64,000 nt of DNA from Candidatus Woesearchaeota archaeon (lineage in GTDB: Archaea > Nanobdellota > Nanobdellia > Woesearchaeales > UBA119): contig JASGME010000004.1 of NCBI GenBank assembly GCA_030156615.1, positions 2,546 to 66,545 of the forward strand, read 5' to 3'. Shown one piece after another: positions 60,754 through 64,000 of this stretch (the stretch's first letter is position 1; each line of letters starts with the position of its first letter). The position numbers were made by a program, and so were the translations under genes. The notes below the pieces were generated by a model that was not told the DNA's origin, did no database searches, and worked only from the letters and a program-made list of their open reading frames with translations.

Positions 60754-62490
60754 TTAGACTAAGACTTCCTTCATATAAAATACATCAAATACTTCATTCT
60801 CATAGATTTTTTCTCCATTGTTTCTCTCTATAAGCCAATTCTCTAATGTAGATAGAAATTCTTTCTGCTTTGAAGGGACATCTTCCCCTATTCTTTTTTT
60901 TCTCAACCAGCATATATTATTGTATTGCTCTAAAACCTCCTTTGCTTCTTCTTGATCTGATATTGTGAAGGAAAGTGGTAAAATGCTAACATTAGTTTCA
61001 GCAATAAGAGAATGAATCCCTCCTGTAGAGTAGAAAAGAACAAAAGAATCATCTGGACATTCTTTTGCCGCATCCTCGATTAATTCTCCATTTCCCTCCT
61101 GATGTTGAATCTGAAAAAGAAAGAAAATTGTTGCAATGCAAAGTAATAAAGAAATTACAGTTTTAATTATTTTAATATATCCTTTACTATTTAAGCTAAA
61201 AAAATCGACCCAAACAATCCCAATAGGAATAAAAAAGAAACTTAATGAAGTTATAATAAATCTGAAGTCAATATTCAATGGCTCCAAAAAAGAATATGTT
61301 ATGAAAATCTGGAATGAAACTAAAATAAGAGCTATCGAAATGAAGAAAGAATCTCTATTTTTCATTTTTCTTCTTTTTGCATTGGAAAAATAAAGAAATG
61401 TTTCATATATCAAAAATCCTAATCCTCCAAAAACAACTAGCTTAAATATAATATTTGAATTTAAGAGAGTCTTAAACAATTCAGGAATCCAGAAATTACT
61501 CAATCTATAGCCATATTGAGATATAGAATAATGATTATCGTGATATCCATTCAATAAAAAGAATATTATTCCGCCAAAATAAAGTGCATAAAAAACAAAT
61601 TTTCGTATATAATCTTTATTCTTGAATAAACGATTTACGATGAAATCAGCAACAAATAAACTTAAAAGCATAACAGGAAAGAAATTGATACCTATCATTC
61701 CTTTTGTTCTTATGTTCGAAAAACTGAAAAGGATTAAAAGAAAAAAAGCTGAAATCGCCCCATTCAAAAGATAATCTCTTAATGAAATTTTAATCTTGTT
61801 TTTGCTCAGATAAATGCTTATAAGAAGTGGAACAACGAAAATTAATTCTATCCTCGTGAATATAAGAAGCCATGAAAGAAGGACTAGAAACAAAGGTAAT
61901 TTTTTACTCTTCTCTTTATCATCTTCTTTTGATTCAACTATATAGAGCAACAATCCGAAAGATAGGAAAAAAAGCAAATTTTCCGCAAAATATTCAAGGA
62001 TATAAACATTCTTAAATGGAATTAGGTAATAAAGCAAAGAAAAAGTAAAACAAAGTATTCTATTTTTAGAGAATTGTCTTAAGATCAGATATATAAAAAG
62101 TGTGGTAAATATGTTTAAGATATTTACAAGAATTCTTTCTCCCAATTCATCACCAAATATCTCTCTTGCACCTATGAGAAACAAAGGATAGGTTAATTCA
62201 TGATCTCCCAAAAACATTTCGTTTTCACAAATTCCACCACTTCGTTCAATTCCTTCCTCCCCTTCGATGATGCAGCTAGCTTGAGAAGCATGAGCATAAT
62301 ACTCCGAATCAATATTAACAGTATTATATGTCCAAGGAAACCAAATTGTTTGAATAACAACAAGCAAAGAAATAAAGATAAGATCCATAGAATCTGTTTT
62401 TCTCTTCTTACGAATGATTTCATAAACTAAAGTACATCCTACTGAAACTATCAGCAAAATATAAAACCACACAAAAAAAATAAATGTCAT
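60754..62490 (-). CDS. Polytopic membrane protein, probable GT-C glycosyltransferase
   Basis: More than 10 TM helices, DSEY loop, YPL, AEN, TRIE, FRF motifs. Confidence 0.6.
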   Translation of the reverse strand: MTFIFFVWFYILLIVSVGCTLVYEIIRKKRKTDSMDLIFISLLVVIQTIWFPWTYNTVNIDSEYYAHASQASCIIEGEEGIERSGGICENEMFLGDHELTYPLFLIGAREIFGDELGERILVNILNIFTTLFIYLILRQFSKNRILCFTFSLLYYLIPFKNVYILEYFAENLLFFLSFGLLLYIVESKEDDKEKSKKLPLFLVLLSWLLIFTRIELIFVVPLLISIYLSKNKIKISLRDYLLNGAISAFFLLILFSFSNIRTKGMIGINFFPVMLLSLFVADFIVNRLFKNKDYIRKFVFYALYFGGIIFFLLNGYHDNHYSISQYGYRLSNFWIPELFKTLLNSNIIFKLVVFGGLGFLIYETFLYFSNAKRRKMKNRDSFFISIALILVSFQIFITYSFLEPLNIDFRFIITSLSFFFIPIGIVWVDFFSLNSKGYIKIIKTVISLLLCIATIFFLFQIQHQEGNGELIEDAAKECPDDSFVLFYSTGGIHSLIAETNVSILPLSFTISDQEEAKEVLEQYNNICWLRKKRIGEDVPSKQKEFLSTLENWLIERNNGEKIYENEVFDVFYMKEVLV

Positions 62491-62515
62491 TTTGTCGTTT
62501 TTTTCTTATAACTTC

Positions 62516-63961
62516 TTATTCATATATATAATCATATCCATAAATATGAAAATAGGTTAAGAGATATTTGAAACTCAAACCTTTTTTAATGCCCATAAAA
62601 ACATATTTGAACAGTCTTCCGAAATATTTGAAATTATCTCTCAATATTCTCTTTCTGAGATGTGGCAGGAAGGTTTTCATATATGCTTTTATCTGGTATC
62701 TTTCAACCTCCTTTGCAGAAAGATTTTTATTATTCACTACAGCATCAAAAGTTATGTTATCAGCCTTATTTGCTCTATTGAAATCTATCGTGCCTCCATA
62801 TCTTTTTACCAATTCTTCTGATTCTTTCGTAAAAGGTTTAAATATAAAGAAAGCGCTACGCTCAGCATCAATTTTTCCAGCCATCTCAATTGTCTTATTT
62901 ATAGTTTCCTTTGATTCCGCAGGAGCTCCTAATATATAATAAGCTGTCATTTTTATTCCATATTTCTTCAACAATCCAACAACTTCCCAAATTTTCTCCT
63001 CAGGAAGCCCCTTTCTCATCACCTTATTCCTTATAAATTTATCACCACTTTCAATTCCTATTCTAACCATGTTGCATCCTGATGAAGCGAGCATTCTTAT
63101 TTTTTCCTCATCAAGATTATCTACCCTCGAAAATATTGAATACTTGCTATTTTTCGGATCAACAAGTCTTTTGTATTCTTCGGTAAATTCCTTCAGCCAT
63201 TCTTTGTTAAGTGCAGGGATCTGATCAAAGAGTTGCATTAATCTTAATCCTCTTTTTCTATACTTTTGCCAATCGTATGCAAGCTCTTCTGCATATCTCT
63301 TGGGCGACATTACTCTATAATAATTTCCCAAAACACAATTCCTAAGTTCTTTTGCCTCGCAGAATGAGCAATTATATATACAACCTCTGGTGCCAATCTG
63401 GTAAAGCATTCCCAAAAAATAAAGGTAATCATCTAAGTGTTCCCATAAATCCCAGTCCAGATATGGTAATTCATCAAGTTTAGAATAAAAAGATCCTGGA
63501 TTTGAGATTAAATGGTCTTTATTGTAATACCAAAGACCTTTTATTTTATCTAATTCTAATCCTTTTTCCTGTTTGTTCAAGAAATCTATAAGGCTATCTT
63601 CTGCATCGCCAACAAAAACAAAATCAACATATGGCAATTCTACCAGCTCTTCTGGGTGCGTTGAAGCATGATATCCTCCATAAATAATCTTTATTTTGCT
63701 ATCTATTCTTTTAACTTCCTGAGAAATCATTTTAATATGATTTAAATAAAGGCTATTAACCGAGAAACCGATAAAATCAGGTTTCTCTCGTTTTATATGC
63801 TCATTAAGCTTTTTTCTCCAATCTCTGCGGTGAAATGTGAAGTCTAAAATATCTGCTTTATGATTACTCCATTCATTAACACAACTAGCCAAAACAGTAA
63901 TTGCAATATCAAGGGCACTATAATCCCCACCTAATGTAGGATTGATAAAACTAATTTTCAT
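62516..63961 (-). CDS. B12-binding radical SAM protein (class B methylase-like)
   Basis: GGYHAS, VGDAE, TRGCIYNCSFC, IGIESG, ILGAPAE. Confidence 0.9.
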   Translation of the reverse strand: MKISFINPTLGGDYSALDIAITVLASCVNEWSNHKADILDFTFHRRDWRKKLNEHIKREKPDFIGFSVNSLYLNHIKMISQEVKRIDSKIKIIYGGYHASTHPEELVELPYVDFVFVGDAEDSLIDFLNKQEKGLELDKIKGLWYYNKDHLISNPGSFYSKLDELPYLDWDLWEHLDDYLYFLGMLYQIGTRGCIYNCSFCEAKELRNCVLGNYYRVMSPKRYAEELAYDWQKYRKRGLRLMQLFDQIPALNKEWLKEFTEEYKRLVDPKNSKYSIFSRVDNLDEEKIRMLASSGCNMVRIGIESGDKFIRNKVMRKGLPEEKIWEVVGLLKKYGIKMTAYYILGAPAESKETINKTIEMAGKIDAERSAFFIFKPFTKESEELVKRYGGTIDFNRANKADNITFDAVVNNKNLSAKEVERYQIKAYMKTFLPHLRKRILRDNFKYFGRLFKYVFMGIKKGLSFKYLLTYFHIYGYDYIYE

Positions 63962-64000
63962 TATTCTTTAAAAAAACGAAAGTTTTATATTAATGTTTCT

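Noticed and set aside
3071..62939. Many 60-140 aa Ser/Phe/Ile/Leu-rich ORFs antisense or out of frame to long genes
   Set aside because: Typical shadows of A-rich coding strands; no SD or motifs
56372..64000. Integrated mobile element at tRNA-Ile
   Set aside because: No integrase, transposase or duplicated tRNA 3' end in the window, and the cluster lies on the tRNA 5' side
1..64000. rRNA, SRP RNA, RNase P RNA, or alternative genetic code
   Set aside because: No long GC-rich intergenic segment beyond the tRNAs; conserved genes are intact under the standard code with all three stops used

Overview
AT-rich archaeal chromosome segment, most consistent with a DPANN lineage (Woesearchaeota/Pacearchaeota-like; inferred from gene content, not a phylogeny). 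Housekeeping genes dominate: trpS, gltX, argS, hisS, secF-secD, thermosome, ftsZ, rpl21e-rpo4-DUF655, taw3, bud32, dtdA, nth, an MtaB-like methylthiotransferase and a type IV pilus ATPase/platform locus. Five tRNAs are present (Met with a 48-nt intron, Gly, His, Thr, Ile). Best leads: (1) a histone-fold gene translationally coupled to a RimB-like retropepsin protease and followed by a RimK-type ATP-grasp ligase with an AbrB-like tail, a candidate reversible chromatin-protein glutamylation module; (2) a probable replication origin at 18.6-18.9 kb with two identical ORB boxes and 11-bp-phased GTCTCA repeats, next to a coiled-coil/winged-helix gene rather than cdc6; (3) a tandem thymidine kinase with one degenerate domain; (4) a twin-hairpin element with conserved loops after nth; (5) an orphan SMODS-associated NUDIX-like gene, an H1-like Lys-rich protein, and a radical SAM/GT-C surface-modification cluster next to tRNA-Ile. 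All calls come from motif recognition by eye; no searches were run.
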